64,000 nt of DNA, from positions 32,001 to 96,000 of the forward strand of contig CH464492.1 of NCBI GenBank assembly GCA_000002445.1, read 5' to 3'. This DNA comes from Trypanosoma brucei. Lineage: Eukaryota. Under the pieces are notes generated by a model. The model was given only the letters and a program-made list of their open reading frames with translations. It ran no database searches and had not been told where the DNA came from. The position numbers and the translations under genes are program-made. Positions 1 through 12,449 of the stretch are shown here, one piece after another. Numbering within the stretch: the first letter of the stretch is position 1; each line of letters begins with the position of its first letter.

Positions 1-400
1 CTAGTAGGTGCTCGCGTGGCTCAATGCGGAGGTGAAGGTAAGACCGCATGGTGCGGGAATGTAGGGCTTTGACTAGATGTTTGCTGTGGTATACTTCCTC
101 AGCACTGCGCCGCAAACATCCGCCTCGTGACTCACACATCAGCATGAATTTCATGCTGCGCACAAGAGTGGTCGTCTTGAGTGGCAGGAGGTTTGCCTCC
201 AGCAGAGAGTCCTCTTTGCGCGTCCCATGGGGTATGCCAGCTATGATGCAACTGGCTTTGTGTTGTGCTGCTGAAAGGAGGTCCCGACTTCGTTCCGAAG
301 CGTCCCAGTACCATACCTCAATGCCATACATGGTGTGTGCCTGTACGAGTGCTAGATAAAGAGCTCTCAACACTTGTCGTCTTGGCCCCCATGTAGAAGC

Positions 401-2065
401 TTATATGGCTGCTATCTGCAGTAGTCTGAAGTTCATCTTGCGTCTCGTTTCGGCCGCATGTGTTTCCATCCCTTGCAGACACTGGAATGTTACTCCTAGA
501 AGCTTCGGTGTCCCGTCAGCTCCTATTCTTTCGCCGTCCAGTTGCAATGTAAGGGGGTGGCGCTCTGTACACCCGAAGAGTGTGCACTTTGTTTTCGCTA
601 TATTGACAGACATGAAGTACTCTTTTGACCACTGTAACATCACGTTTAGGCCGCATTGTAGTGTGTGGTTGATGACATCCCTCTCTGTGTGCCTCGCAAG
701 AGCGTCAGGTCGTCTGCAAAGAATCCGTGCTGCAGTAACGGCACTTCTGCAAGGCGTTGGCTCAACGAGTTCATGACAATAATGAACATGATTGGGCCAA
801 GGACAGTTTCCTTGTGGCACTCCTCGCTCAAATGTTCTGCTGCTGGAAAGCTTCTCCTTGAATCTCACTCTGCCAGTTCGGTTACTCAGAAATGATACGC
901 ACCACTTCACAATGTGGGGTGATACCTTCATTCTGTGCATTTCCCTCGCAATTTTGTCGTGGTCCACTGTATCAAATGCCTTCTCGTAGTCGACGAATAC
1001 AGCACCCGTACGATATTGGTGCGTGGGACGGCAGAGGGCAGCGCGGACGTGCAGGAGTTGTTCGAGTGTTGAGCATCCGGGGCAAAAGCCTGATTGCTGC
1101 GGCGTCAGCTGGGACTCAACAGTGTCTCTAAGTCTCGCGGCAATTATGCACTCCATGACTTTGCAGAGACAGCTCGTGAGCGTCACAGGCCTGTAAGAAT
1201 CGAGGTCCTCCCACTTTTTTCCGGCCTTCAGGATGGGGATGATAACACCAGTCTTCCATGCAGACGGCACGACTCCCGTTCGTAGGCTCTCATTGAATAG
1301 CCTCAGAACAACATTCAGTGCTGTTCTACCGAGATGTTGCAGTGCCTCGTTGTATAAGCAATCAGGTCCGGGTGCGGATCCACTCGGAAGCAGTTTGATC
1401 GATCTCCGTAGTTCAGCCATCGTGATGGGACTGAACTCACTCGCTATCGTCTTTATGGGTGCCGGTGGGTGTGAGTCGGGGTGCCTTCTTGCGCGGGACG
1501 AGTACAGTTTACTGAACCTCTCAGCTTGACGGTAGTCCGTGATGGCCGCGTTATCAACAAGCACAGCCGGTGTGGTTAGTGGTCGTGGTGCATATACCTT
1601 CTTGACAATGTGCCAACTGCAGCGGTCTGACACCGCAAGTCTGGAGCATAGCGTGCTCCATCTCTTCTTTGTGGTACGGTCCAGGATCTGCTTACGCGTG
1701 GCTACCAACTTTTCCCTTCTGTGGGAGGGTCCGCATCCAGCGATCTCTTCATCGAGTTTCGGGAGTGTATGTGTCCAATGTGGTGGCGTTGCTCTGCAGC
1801 CACGGGGGACGGAGACCTTCGTCGCAATGCGGATGGCGGAGCTCAATTTCTGTTCCAGGGTGTTGACGTTCTTCTCTCTACCAATTTTCCTGCAGAGCTC
1901 GTCAACCTTGAGACGGAAATTCCTCCAGTCAGCTTTTAGCCATGCGTACATGGGCTTTCGAAGCCGCGGGCAACTCAGTGCATCTGTGTCGTCTCCAACG
2001 ATAACGTCGAAAAATATGTGATGGTGATCGCTATCGGGAGAATACAGCGATGTCCACGTGTACAC
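401..2065 (-). pseudogene. ingi reverse-transcriptase region; one fragment of the frameshift-broken ingi polyprotein
   Basis: 554-aa ORF with RT motifs (…FVDYEKAFDTVDHD…, GVPQG, FADDLTLL-like). Adjacent ORFs are in other frames. Confidence 0.8.
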
Positions 2066-2077
2066 TGTGCAATTCCT

Positions 2078-2884
2078 TCACAGTGTCACATCAGGGCTGG
2101 ACTCCCCGTGGTGGCGTGCGTACCTGGTGCACTCACCAGTGTTGCAGACCAGAAACTGGTTGTCAATGCACCACTGTGTGAGGGTTTCACCCTTGGTATT
2201 TGGTGAGCTCGCGCGATCCCATGCCAACGCGTGTACGTTAGCGTCTGCACCGATGAGCTGGACACCGTCAGTCGACAGAAGCGTATCTATGTCATTTTCC
2301 GTGAAGTTGTGTTTTGGTGGGATGTATGCCGACGTGACGGTCAGCGCCTTTCCATGTGTAAGGTGAATTGTTCCATGCACTTGTTCAATGCGACCAACAA
2401 CGGCCATACCGGTCTCGACTGGTAGGTCTTCCCTCACTAGTATTGATACACCACCTCCTTTGCAGTTACGAGCTATTCCGTGATGTTGGTAGCCATCAAC
2501 GCTAAAGCAAGCGGCTTCTCAAGGCGTCATCCTTGTCTCGCTCAACAGACAAAAGGCGATCCGCTCATCAACAAGGGTTTTGTGGAGTGCTAATCTCTTT
2601 CCTTGAGATAGCCCGGCGCAGTTCCACTGCATCCCGCGCAACGACAGGCCGGGATTCTCTTCCACATCACCGGACAGCAGCATCTTAGTGCGGATGATAT
2701 TGCTGATGGCACGCTGGCACGTGCCTAGGGACCGACAAATGAAAAAGTGTGTGTCCCAGCAAGACGCTGCTGATCCCTGTGCTGTATGATGCCGTAGCCG
2801 GAGCAAAGCAGTGTTCCCCATGAAAGGAACGCTGCTGGATCTTGGCTTCCCCCGATGATACGGGGTACTGGACCCTGGCACCAC
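2078..2884 (-). pseudogene. ingi AP-endonuclease region with an N-terminal 2A-like peptide (DVEENPGL); frameshifted
   Basis: ORFs 2078-2437 and 2519-2884 match the APE segments of the other ingi copies. The motif is LLSGDVEENPGLSLRGMQWN at about 2610-2670. Confidence 0.75.
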
Positions 2885-2999
2885 GTTGAGGTGGCCGGCA
2901 TCGCCAGGGAAGAAAAGAAGTCAGTTGTTACAGATGCCAAGTTTAATTTCTTCGATGAGTTTCTCGTTTCAATTATAAAACATGCCACACCTTATCTAA

Positions 3000-3180
3000 A
3001 TCCAAAATTTCAACATTTATGATCCTTAGTGGCCTCTATTAACTTAACTAATGTAGCTACCCCATTTGACCTGTACACTAATATTATTATCCCCATTGCT
3101 GTCCTCCGAATCATTTACATGAGTTAACAAGAGTAGCCATATTCATATTTGCTGTGAAACTGCGCATGTACCATATCTTT
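3000..3180 (-). other. Conserved ~180-bp element that normally follows the 70-bp repeats at the 5' edge of VSG cassettes. Here it directly abuts the ingi 5' end.
   Basis: Near-identical to 9690-9870 (…CCCCATTTGACCTGTACACTAATATTATTATC…CATTGCTG…TTACATGAG.TAACAAGAGT.GCCATATTCA…). Related copies are at 28390-28440, 59925-59990 and 62630-62700. Confidence 0.6.
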
Positions 3181-3491
3181 TCTTTTCCTCACCATTTCCA
3201 CTTATTTACTGCCTTTTTGCCGTGGCTCTGGTATATCCTATCATTATCATTATCCTTTCTATTATAACCCTAAATAACATCAATACAGAAAAAAAACTAA
3301 AGTAGTACAGGACTACTTTTTCATTTTTTCACTCTGCTAATTGTTCCCATAGTTCACCATGATACATATTACTTGAGTTATAAGATTTAAAAAAATCTCA
3401 ATATTTTCATTAATTTGCGTAGTTTTATCAAAAAGTATTTAAAAATATCAATCTTTAAAAAATTCTGTCAAAGTAGAAAATATTTCGTAAA

Positions 3492-4911
3492 TTATATATG
3501 ATTAAGAAAAATTCTTATAGTGCTATAATACTTAAAATGATACAAACCCATAAAAGCGGAAGATATCAGAGGCAATTTCTTACTGACGAGAAACCTGGAA
3601 TATTTGCAATCTTTTCCTTCCCATTGGCATTTATCATTTTCGCATGCGGTTTTATTGTCTTTGTGTTGTTTGCATTGTTGCCGCCTGGCTTTGTCTACTG
3701 CTGGTTTCGCTCCTTCTGGCGGGCCAGCCGCCGCTGTCTGCTTCCCTGACTGCGGTATGTGCATGTAAGCTATGTTATCTGCTAGTTTGCGCTTGGCTTC
3801 TACTGCCTCCTTGATGCTTTCTAACCTCATTACTGCACTCTCGTGTTCGTGCAGTCTGTCCGCTACCGTTTTTAAATTCTTGAGCCAGCTGATCTGCTCT
3901 GTTGGGTCCCCTGTCGTCGTTGTTATTGTTGTGTACTTGACGCACATGCCCTGGCCTGTTACGCCCGAGCAGCCTGTTCCGAGGTAAGCACCGAGGTAAG
4001 CGTCGCTGGCGGTTTTTCTCACGAGGTGAGCGACGTCACTTATTCTTCTTGTTAGTTCGGCGGCCGTTAGTTTAATTTGTGTATTTGTGTTGCACAGTTG
4101 TTTCACGTCTTTCATGGCGTCATCACTTGGGTTTGAGTTGGCTGTCCACGTGTTTGTTAGTGCGGCGGAGCCGCTGCACGCTTTGCCTGCGTTGGAGCTG
4201 TTGCTGCCGTCGGTTGCACACACACATATCAGCGTTGCAAATGCCGTATTTGCTTTTGCCGCACCCCCGTCGCCTGCGCAATTCGCACTCCTCGAGCCAC
4301 CTGGGTTTGCCGAAAACGCTTTGTACGTTGTGCCCGTGAATCCTGGCTCTTCATCCTGCCCATACACCGCCTTGTTTATCGCCTTGTGAAGTTCATCGTC
4401 GCTTATTAATTTTTTTCCTTTCGCCAGCTGCTTTGCTGACTTGTCGAGGGCCATCGCCTCCGCCGCCAGCGCTTGAATGTAAGGCCGGAGATGGTCTCGT
4501 GCTCTGCTGCTTGGCGAGTTCAGCTTGTACTTTTTTTCAGTGTTTGTTCGTTTGCTGTCTTCCAAGAGATTTTCAGCGGCTTTGGCCCACACTGCCCATT
4601 GCTGCGTCCAGTCTGTCCCTTCCGGTAGTTTTTTTTTTGTTTAGGTCTCTCGGTTTGTCCCGGTTTTCGTCGTCTCTGAATTCATTTATCCATTCTTCTG
4701 TTGAGGCTGACATGTTGAGCTCGAATATTTCCTGCAAGTCGCTTCCTTCTGCAGGTTGGGTCTTCGCTACTGTCGCACGTTTGCCAGCTAACTCAATCAA
4801 TGCGCATAGTGATGCCCTTTCCCGCTGGTTTGCGTCGGCCATGATGTTTCCGCGTGCTTGTCGGCGTAAGTACAGCGTTAAAAATATTGGAAAAAATACT
4901 TTTCCGAGCAT
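3492..4911 (-). pseudogene. VSG: VSG pseudogene (frameshifted). The N-terminal ORF 4573-4911 is joined to ORF 3492-4592.
   Basis: A signal-peptide-like start and an A-type N-domain (…CVCATDGSNSS…GTGCSGVTGQGMCVKY…) followed by a C-domain and a degenerate GPI signal (SRFLVSKKLPLISSAFMGL…). A poly-T run at 4622-4632 lies at the frame change. Confidence 0.8.
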
Positions 4912-5136
4912 GGTAGACTGCGTTTGTGCCTTGCTTAGTGGATTGGAGGGCTACAGAGTGCATTTGAAAAAGTATGTCCGTTGTGGCTGCTTCCTCCAGA
5001 TCCCACAAGTGTATCAGGTACTTGTCCTTATTTAGCGTTGCAAATTCTTCTAGTTTATATAATTCTACTACATTTTACTTCATAACCTAGTGAAATACGT
5101 TTGTACATCACATCGGCTTTTTGGCAGCCCCTTTTA

Positions 5137-5161
5137 AATAAATAAATAAATAAATAAATAA
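5137..5161. repeat. (AAAT)6 microsatellite
   Basis: aaataaataaataaataaataaata. Confidence 0.9.
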
Positions 5162-6540
5162 CCGGTCCTTTGAATAAAGCTATTAGCAAGAACAGGCTTC
5201 TGTTGCTATTTGGTTGTAACATTGTCTCAACATACCGGTGTCTCTTGAGAATGTCCCGTTGTGCTTGGACATCGATGGTGGAAATCCCAGCCTTGCCGCC
5301 AACCAGCAGTCTGCCAAAAGTATGTTCCTGTCAGCAAGTTCCTCTGCCGGCTGCGAGACCGTCTTTAGTAACTATTGCGTAAAGATCGTGCACCCTGGTG
5401 TTTAGCCATCTTCTGGTAGCCGTATCGTCGGGAGTCCTTGAATCACTGTAGTTTGCTGGTCCAACCTCTAAAGTTTATTCTTATATTATTGCTTTTTTGG
5501 AAGTATACTCGGCTCCACATTATTTTTCCGCGATGGGTTTTTGCAGGTTTAGCGGCTGTTGCTGTTTAAATGGGTTGATCATGCGCCAAATGTAAGCTTA
5601 GTGCGTCTGCAATGTTTATTTTCCTCTATTATTTCATGTCGTTAAACTTGGCTCTAAAGAAAGCTGTAAAAAGTTCAAAATACTGCTTAAGAACAATTTT
5701 TCTTTACTGCATTTTACCATGTAAGGTAGACTCATTTGCGGTCTTTCAAGCAACATCATTTCTGGCCACTAAATCAGGCATTTGAGGTACATTTAAACCC
5801 TTTAAATTGTCGAACCTAGAAAAAATGAAACGTTTCCCTCTATCTAATAACTTTGCCTGGTCGGGTTGGTATAAGGGTTACTAGGAATCACTGTCTGTAG
5901 GCAACTTTGAGACGAAGTAGCAGTTTTTTTTTCCTTCACTGTTTTGATCAATTCTCCACTTGTTGTTCTCCTTTATAAATGTACCTGTATTTTTATCACA
6001 AAGTGCAAGGTCGTGTCTACATATCATCTGTGCGGTTGCGCGTGCTTTGCTACCTTTCGTAATTCTGATTCGTGACAAAGTTTTCGAGAAGTCACATAGC
6101 TTTATTAGGAATATTATCTGCTGCAGATTGCCGCACAGCCAAGATATTGTTTTAACAAGAAATAACTCATTTTTCTAAAAAATATTGTGAACGTACCTGT
6201 AATGGTGCTATTGGATGCCTTCCACTTGCGCTGTTTCTTTATTTAAGTTCTAGCGATCACCTTTGGCCACTACACTGAACTATTTCTCTTGTTCTTTTTC
6301 CCTCCCACTTCATCATCTCGTTGTGTTTGATGTTACCTATGAACATGATTGTATTCTAAACCTCGCATATTCCATACACCTCTCCCCCTTGCTGTCTTTC
6401 TGTTTTTTCTCTATTAATATTCTTTGTTATTTTTCCTAGCCAGTTACTTGTTAACATTCCATCCTTTTAATTCTGTTAAGTGCTAATATTTTTCCGGGTA
6501 TTTCGTTTTACTTCCACTATAACATTAGCATTCACACACT

Positions 6541-6590
6541 CATAACACTTTCATCTCATTATTATTATTTATTATTATTATTACCCTAAC
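6541..6590 (-). repeat. Possible minimal 70-bp-repeat remnant (a TAA-triplet run) upstream of the VSG at 3492-4911
   Basis: cattattattatttattattattattaccctaac. It has triplet runs only, with no GTGTGAG core. Confidence 0.3.
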
Positions 6591-6823
6591 TAATATTTAC
6601 TAAAAGAAATCTGATAAACAAAATTAGGGTACCGCTAAATTTTCATACCATATCACCTTACTATATTACAGCCATAGGCTATTTTTATACCATAATTTAG
6701 TATTTTCTAAATCTGTACATTTCGCAAGGTTTTACAAAATTATTAAAACATATCGAAATTTACCAATTTTAACAAAATATCAAATTTTTATAGAGTTTGA
6801 AAAACATCTTTATAATGCTAAAA

Positions 6824-8335
6824 TCATTTCATACTCAAGAGAGAAGCAGTCATATGAGAAATATTATTATTTTCCAGATAACTAGAGTCCTGGCACTTGC
6901 CTTTAATCCAACCGCAAACAGCTTTTTTGTCTTTTGGGATATCGCCTTTTACTACAGCACATTCTTCAGGTGTTTTGGCGGCACCACACTTGTCTGTTGT
7001 TGTTTCAGTTCCTCCACCTGCTTGAGTTGCTTGTTGTTCTGCTGCTTTTACTGAGTCTAATGAGCATTTTTTATTTGTTTCAGTTGCTTTTTCTTCCCAT
7101 TTTCAGGGTTCTGTGCATTTGTCTTTTGATTGAAGTTTGTTGCAAGATTCCTTTGCTTCTTTTTCTTGCGGTGCTCCTGTGACCGTGTTGGGTTTGTTGG
7201 TTGCTGCTGCACTTATCGCTGCTACTTTGCTGAGCGTTAGGAAATTGTACGTTTGCCAAGCCGATGTGTTGGTTGCTTGTAGCGCCGCCTTTGCTGCTTC
7301 CACCTCTCTTGTCCCAATTGCTGCCTGCTCCAGTTTATCTCTGGCGTCGAGTAACTTCCCAACCCATTCCAGCTTACCTATTGGGTGTTTGTTAAGTTTT
7401 GCCGAGTAGTCTATGCATGTGGTCGCAGACTCCGCGCCAGTGCAGGTTGCTGCCGCGTTGTTTCCAAGTTTGTTGTGGGCGTTAGCTCTGTCCGTTATGC
7501 CTTTGCCAAGGGCGCTCTGGAAGTTTGCCAGAGCTGCCGTGACCGTGTTTACTGTTTTTTCTGTGTCAGCTGAGGCTCTCTTACAGTGGGACTTTATGTC
7601 GGTCCATGCCTGCAGAGCGTTGGCTGCGTCGTCGGCTGCGCTGGTATACCGTGTTGATCCTATGCCGGTCCCGCAGATATTGGCCCCGTCTGTTGCTCCG
7701 GAGCAGAGGCAAACGAGATCGGCTGTAATGGTTTTGCCTGGGCCGTGAGTGCCTCCGCCGGCGCACATCTGGGCATGGGCTGCGAAATCGGTTTGCTTGG
7801 CATCTCTTAGGACGGCGTCGCCGATTGCAGCTTGTGCCAATGCCTTCCTTGCGAGGCTCAGATGCCCCTCGATGTCAGCTGTCGCTTTCCTAAGGTTTTC
7901 CGCTGCTGATTGCGCTTGTTTCCTGATGTCCCCCAGTTGCTTGTGTACTTCTTTCTTCAGAGCTGATTGTTCCGGCCGCTTTATTTTCTGGTTACCTTTT
8001 TCGTCCTTGTGGTTTGTTAGTTCTGTTTTGGCTTGCGTCCAGTCCTCTTCTGAGGCACTGTATTCCCAGTATGTTTTGTTAGCAAACAGTGCGTCGTCTG
8101 CGGTAGCGACAAAAAGATGAGTTACATCCGATGGTATGGTTGGTGCCGCCGAATTACCAGTGTAACGCTCCGCTGTAATAGTTCCTGTTGCCGCATTGTA
8201 CGCTTCGCATAAGGCTGAGAAACCAACGGCGTTTTCGTCGTTCGCTTTTCTTTTCAACGATGCCGCGGATAGTACGAGCGACAAACAAAATATTAGCAGC
8301 GCTTTCTGCCTGGGTTCGGTGCAGCGGTGTGACAT
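6824..8335 (-). pseudogene. VSG: VSG with an intact signal peptide and A-type N-domain. A single in-frame TGA at 7103-7105 separates it from the C-domain, and the GPI signal is degenerate.
   Basis: ORF 7103-8335 (410 aa; MSHRCTEPRQKALLIFCLSLVLSAASL…LVCLCSGATDG…). Translating past the stop by hand in the same frame gives KWEEKATETNKKCSLDSVKAAEQQATQAGGGTETTTDKCGAAKTPEECAVVKGDIPKDKKAVCGWIKGKCQDSSYLENNNISHMTASLLSMK*. Confidence 0.85.
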
Positions 8336-8755
8336 GGTTGAACGTTATGTAGATTACAGTGTGAAATGGCTTACTTGAGTGTATAAAAATAAATGAGTTG
8401 TTATGAGGTGGTTCTCCTCTCGTGTTGCCAGTTGCTACGTGGATCTTGGCAGTGATTGCCTTGCATCTATTCTTTTGTCTTCAACGATGTTGGTTGCTTC
8501 GCCTCGTTGATAAAGGCAATCACAGACCTATAATTTTTCTCCTTCAAAGAAATCCACTTCTATAAATATATCCCCAGAAACTTCCCGACACTCAAAATCC
8601 TATTTCCTTCCATCTATTATATACGTTTGAACTTTACCCTAAAATCTCTCAGGCTAAACTGCATCCTTTCCAATTACTTATACCAAGTAAGATTTTTCAC
8701 AATCAGTCTTACTTTCTCCTCCCATGCAATTGGATGCCCAGGAAAATAAATGAAT

Positions 8756-9311
8756 TCAGCCGCTCAAATCCCACCACTGTTTGTAATACAAAAGAAACTC
8801 TCTCGAAAATCCAATCCAATCATTCCTCTCTCCAAAACAAATCTCTGTCCAGCAGCTTCCGCCTGAATTGCACTCCAAATTAGTAAAGGCTTGTAAATAC
8901 TCTGCTCTGACCACCATTCCAAGCGGACATTTCAATAACTCCCAAAAATGCATATTCAAATATCTTAAATGCCCATACTCTGGCTATTAAACCTCCTCCA
9001 CTAAGATAAGGTTTTCCACTTGTTTGTGACATAAGTTGATGAGGCAACTTCTTATCCTCTTCTTTTCTGTAACCGAAAATAAACAACTAGTAATATCCCT
9101 CCATACTCTTATTGTAAATATCCTCCTCTCTAAACTTATCTTCATTTTCTGCAGTATTTTTTATAAAATATTCCACAGCACTCTCATACTTATTTCCATC
9201 ACTAACAATAACATCAAACCCATTAACATTTATTACAATATCCTCATCACATGCATTCTGTATCTCAAAAACTTCCATAAACCATCTGGGCCTTTTAACA
9301 TGGCTATACAA
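8756..9311 (-). pseudogene. Conserved co-transposed-region ORF family, copy 1, frameshifted. It lies upstream of and in the same orientation as its VSG.
   Basis: ORFs 9087-9311 and 8880-9086 are homologous to 17138-17614 (…YSHVKRPRW…NEDIVI.L.G.DVIVSD…YRKEEDKKLPH…SGKPYLS.GGLIARVWAFK…). Confidence 0.6.
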
Positions 9312-9689
9312 ACTTCAGATCGCAACTGTAATAATTTCAAGATGGCTTAGTTTGGCACTCAATATCAGCCTACACCTTCTTGAGTTGTATGAGTTTGTAC
9401 AACAGCCACAAACGCTCTGTGATTCTTAGGTTGATTCTCTGTCACATTTGTTTTGTTATTTGCTTCATCTTGATGTGATATTGCACTTAAACACACTAAA
9501 TGTTATAGCAACATTAAGAGTAAAGTTCGCAAGACGCCGAATTTTACCTCCTAGGAAACTTTCAAAATTTGAAAAATATGTAATAAAAAAATAAATGGCT
9601 TAGGAAAAGGAGATATAACCACAAGGAGAATTTTAATTTTGAACAAGTTTCCAATTCTGATAAGAAAATATACTTCTCTGTTTCTAAAT

Positions 9690-9870
9690 CTAAAATTTCA
9701 ACATTTATGGTCTGTAGTGGGCTCTTTTTTTTTTACTAACGTCACTACCCCATTTGACCTGTACACTAATATTATTATCTCCATTGCTGTTCTTTAAATA
9801 ATTTACATGAGGTAACAAGAGTGGCCATATTCACATTCTTTCTGAAATGCGCATGTCCCGTACCTTTTTC
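9690..9870 (-). other. Conserved post-70-bp-repeat cassette boundary element
   Basis: Near-identical to 3000-3180. Confidence 0.6.
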
Positions 9871-9974
9871 TTTCTCTCCCTGTCCGCTTACTTACTGTCT
9901 TTTTGCCTTGGCAATGGTATATCTGCTACTATTGCTACAGTCCATTTACTTTTAAACACTGTTTTTATTATAAT

Positions 9975-10140
9975 TTTAGCATGCACACTCACAACAGTCT
10001 CCTATTATTATTATCATTATTATTATCATTATTATCACTATTACTGCTCTTATTATAATATAGTATGTACACTCTCCCAACACACTCCTATCATTATCAT
10101 TACTATTATTATTATTATAAACATAACTAATATTTATAAT
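9975..10140 (-). repeat. 70-bp repeats (about 2 units) in minus orientation, the 5' boundary of the cassette containing the VSG at 6824-8335
   Basis: Reverse complement of the GAGAGTGTTGTGAGTGTGC core (gcacactcacaacagtctcct; acactctcccaacacactcc), flanked by ATT/ATC triplet runs. Confidence 0.85.
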
Positions 10141-10389
10141 ATAAGCAAATCAAAATAGCACCCGCTTTTTATGCCCTATTATCCTATTAATTTACTTCCA
10201 GGCGCCTCTATCGTACAAAGATTTCATATTGTTGAGTTTCAAAATTTAATATTCTGAACAGTTTCCACATTTTCACTTAAAAGTGTTAAAATGCAAAAAA
10301 TTTTAGTGCGTTTCATAAATTTATAAAATTCAGTATAAGTCCATATAATATTAAAATACTACAATCATTTTAAATTCAGAAACTATCAG

Positions 10390-11852
10390 GGCGAATTTTT
10401 GTTTACTAGAATAGAAGAATCTTTGCAAGTTTCGCCCTACAACTTACAATCTGGAGATTTGCAGTCATCCTTTTCCTTATCTTTGCATTTCTCCTCTTTC
10501 TTTTCTTCTGCTTTCATTCCCTCTTTGAGTTTGCATTTTCCTTCTTTGTGTTCTCAATCTGGGTCTGCTGTTCATTTACTTTGTTCTGTGTCTTCTTTGC
10601 ATTTTTCTGTAGTTTTTGATTCTGTAGTGGTCTTAGGTTTAGCTTGTTGTTGTCTGCTGTTTTCTTTCCAGAAAACAACTGCTATTGCTTCACCAAAATT
10701 TGCAGTTTTAGAGACTCCTACTATGTCTGGGTTGCCGTTTGTGGAGCCCACATTGCACGTTATTTTGTCATTTTTTAAGGGTTCAATGAACTCCTTGTTG
10801 ATATCGCTTGTATCTGGTCCGTATACTTCCGTTATTGCGGCTACCCAGTCCCCGTCTATTGCCGTTAGAGGTATCGATCCCTTCGTGAGAAGGAATGCTA
10901 TCTTCGCTGCCGGTGACCCTTTGGCTATTTGCTTGCGCGTCAGACTTGCTGCTTTCGCCTCTGGTTTTATCAGGACTTTTTTGGCTTCGCACACCTTGTT
11001 TAACAGTGTCTTTTCTGAAATTACTAGTTTAAGCGGCTGGTCGTTGACGACGCAGCTCGTGTCGTCCGGTCCTGTCTTTCCTAGTGCTTGTTTGGCTGGC
11101 TGCGTTATTGCCGCCGGGGATTGACTAGGCTTTGCTCCTACACCGTGAGTCACTGACCCTTTCGTTTCCGCGTTTGCTCCACAGTATCCGGCTTGCTTAG
11201 CGCCGGCTGTACTGACGCTCCGGCGCTGCTCTGCATGTGGATGTCAAATGAAAGCTGCATGGGTTTGAGTTCACTGTTTGGCGTTAGTGCTAGGTGCTTT
11301 AGTTCCGCTATTTCAGTGCTGANNNNNNNNNNNNNNNNNNNNNNNNNNNNNNNNNNNNNNNNNNNNNNNNNNNNNNNNNNNNNNNNNNNNNNNNNNNNNN
11401 NNNNNNNNNNNNNNNNNNNNNNTCGACTTGGGGCGACCATTGAGCAGCTGGCCCAGTACGCCGTTCCGTTTTTGCAGCGCTTCAATTGCAGCCTCTATTG
11501 TGCTTGCTTTTTCTTTCAAGACTTCCTGCTGTTTGATTGCCGTCGTCGCTGCTATTGCGCTGAGGGCTGTGTACAGCAGCTTCCTCTTACTGTCGTGTGT
11601 TGCTGTGGCCGCGAGAAAAAACATGCGCGTCTCAGTGTTGAGGTCCGAAAGACGCTGTTGGGATTCTTGGACATTTATCCTTAAGTGTTCGGCCAATTTC
11701 TTGTTAAAATAGATTTCGGCGCATGTGGTTTTGACCGCTGCTAGGCTTCCGGGGTCTGCTGGTTGCGCAGTTGCGAGGGTATCTAGAAGAAACACCACCA
11801 TTATAGCAGCGATTCTTCTCTTTGGTTCGTGCATCTGCATTCGCCTCCTCAT
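10390..11852 (-). pseudogene. VSG: VSG (signal peptide and B-type-like N-domain) interrupted by a 100-N scaffold gap. It has overlapping frames and a degenerate GPI signal.
   Basis: ORFs 11313-11852 (MRRRMQMHEPKRRIAAIMVVFLLDTLATAQPADP…), 11150-11485 and 10572-11153. The terminus …FYSSKQKFALIVSEFKM resembles DSSILVNKQFALSVVS. Confidence 0.7.
11323..11422. other. Scaffold gap (100 N)
   Basis: Run of n characters. Confidence 1.
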
Positions 11853-12449
11853 TTTGTGCTTAACTTGAGTTAGGATTGATCAAATGGGACATGCAAGTTC
11901 TGTACGTGTTGTTTTGGCCACATAGGAACGTTGGTCTAATCAATGCGATTTGCGTGACCTATTGTTACACAATCCAAACACAAAACAATATCTTCCCATT
12001 TCCACCTGCCCGTTCTATGCCCTCTATCATAAACTATTCTCTCTTCATCAAATACTCTCGATTGCCCATACAGCTTCGTTTACTTCACCATGGAAATATC
12101 TTTCCCAGTGATATTCGATTTAAGCACTAGTTTTCTAGTGAGTAAAGCTGTTTTTCTCATCTACAACTGATTAAAGTGCAGCTTCCTTTCAGTTAGCTTA
12201 TATGCTGTTCCCCTTTCCACTTGTAGTTCGTGCGCTATTCCTGAAGCTAGTCTCGCAGTTAGTTACGCTCTGTAGATTATTTTGTTTTTTGAATTCACTG
12301 TGTGTGCATATAGTAGTTTTGTTGTGTTTTTAAATGCTATTGGACGCATTTTCGTATGACTCTTTTCTTCAATGTGCATATTAATGGGCGAAATTTTTAC
12401 AATACGCTAGCTAAGAGGAGGAAATACGTTTATATACATCATGCCAAAT

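Larger units (their letters stand above)
1..2909 (-). mobile_element. ingi non-LTR retrotransposon, 5' portion (copy 1). The 5' end is at 2909 and the element continues past the window start.
   Basis: 5' signature CCCTGGCGATGCCGGCCACCTCAACGTGGTGCCAGGGTCCAGTACCCCGTATCATCGGGGGAAGCCAAG on the minus strand at 2840-2909. Downstream ORFs encode the AP-endonuclease N-terminus (MQWNCAGLSQGKRLALHK…) and reverse transcriptase (FADD motif). Near-identical to the copies at 21181-25917 and 52301-57049. Confidence 0.9.

Noticed and set aside
48-2366. Numerous plus-strand ORFs (48-359, 405-776, 1539-2021 and others) overlapping the ingi copy, and likewise 22417-22929, 23591-23998, 54547-55131 and others
   Set aside because: They are antisense shadow ORFs of the minus-strand ingi polyprotein. 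The same 'proteins' recur at each ingi copy, as expected for chance frames in a repeated element.
9847-10158. ORFs inside the 70-bp repeat blocks (9847-10158, 15988-16278, 28139-28411, 42008-42232)
   Set aside because: They are translations of TAA/TGA/ATT triplet runs (poly-I, poly-N and poly-Y strings) and are not genes.
10399-11124. 241-aa plus-strand ORF
   Set aside because: It is antisense to the minus-strand VSG at 10390-11852. Its serine- and leucine-rich composition is typical of reverse-strand VSG frames.
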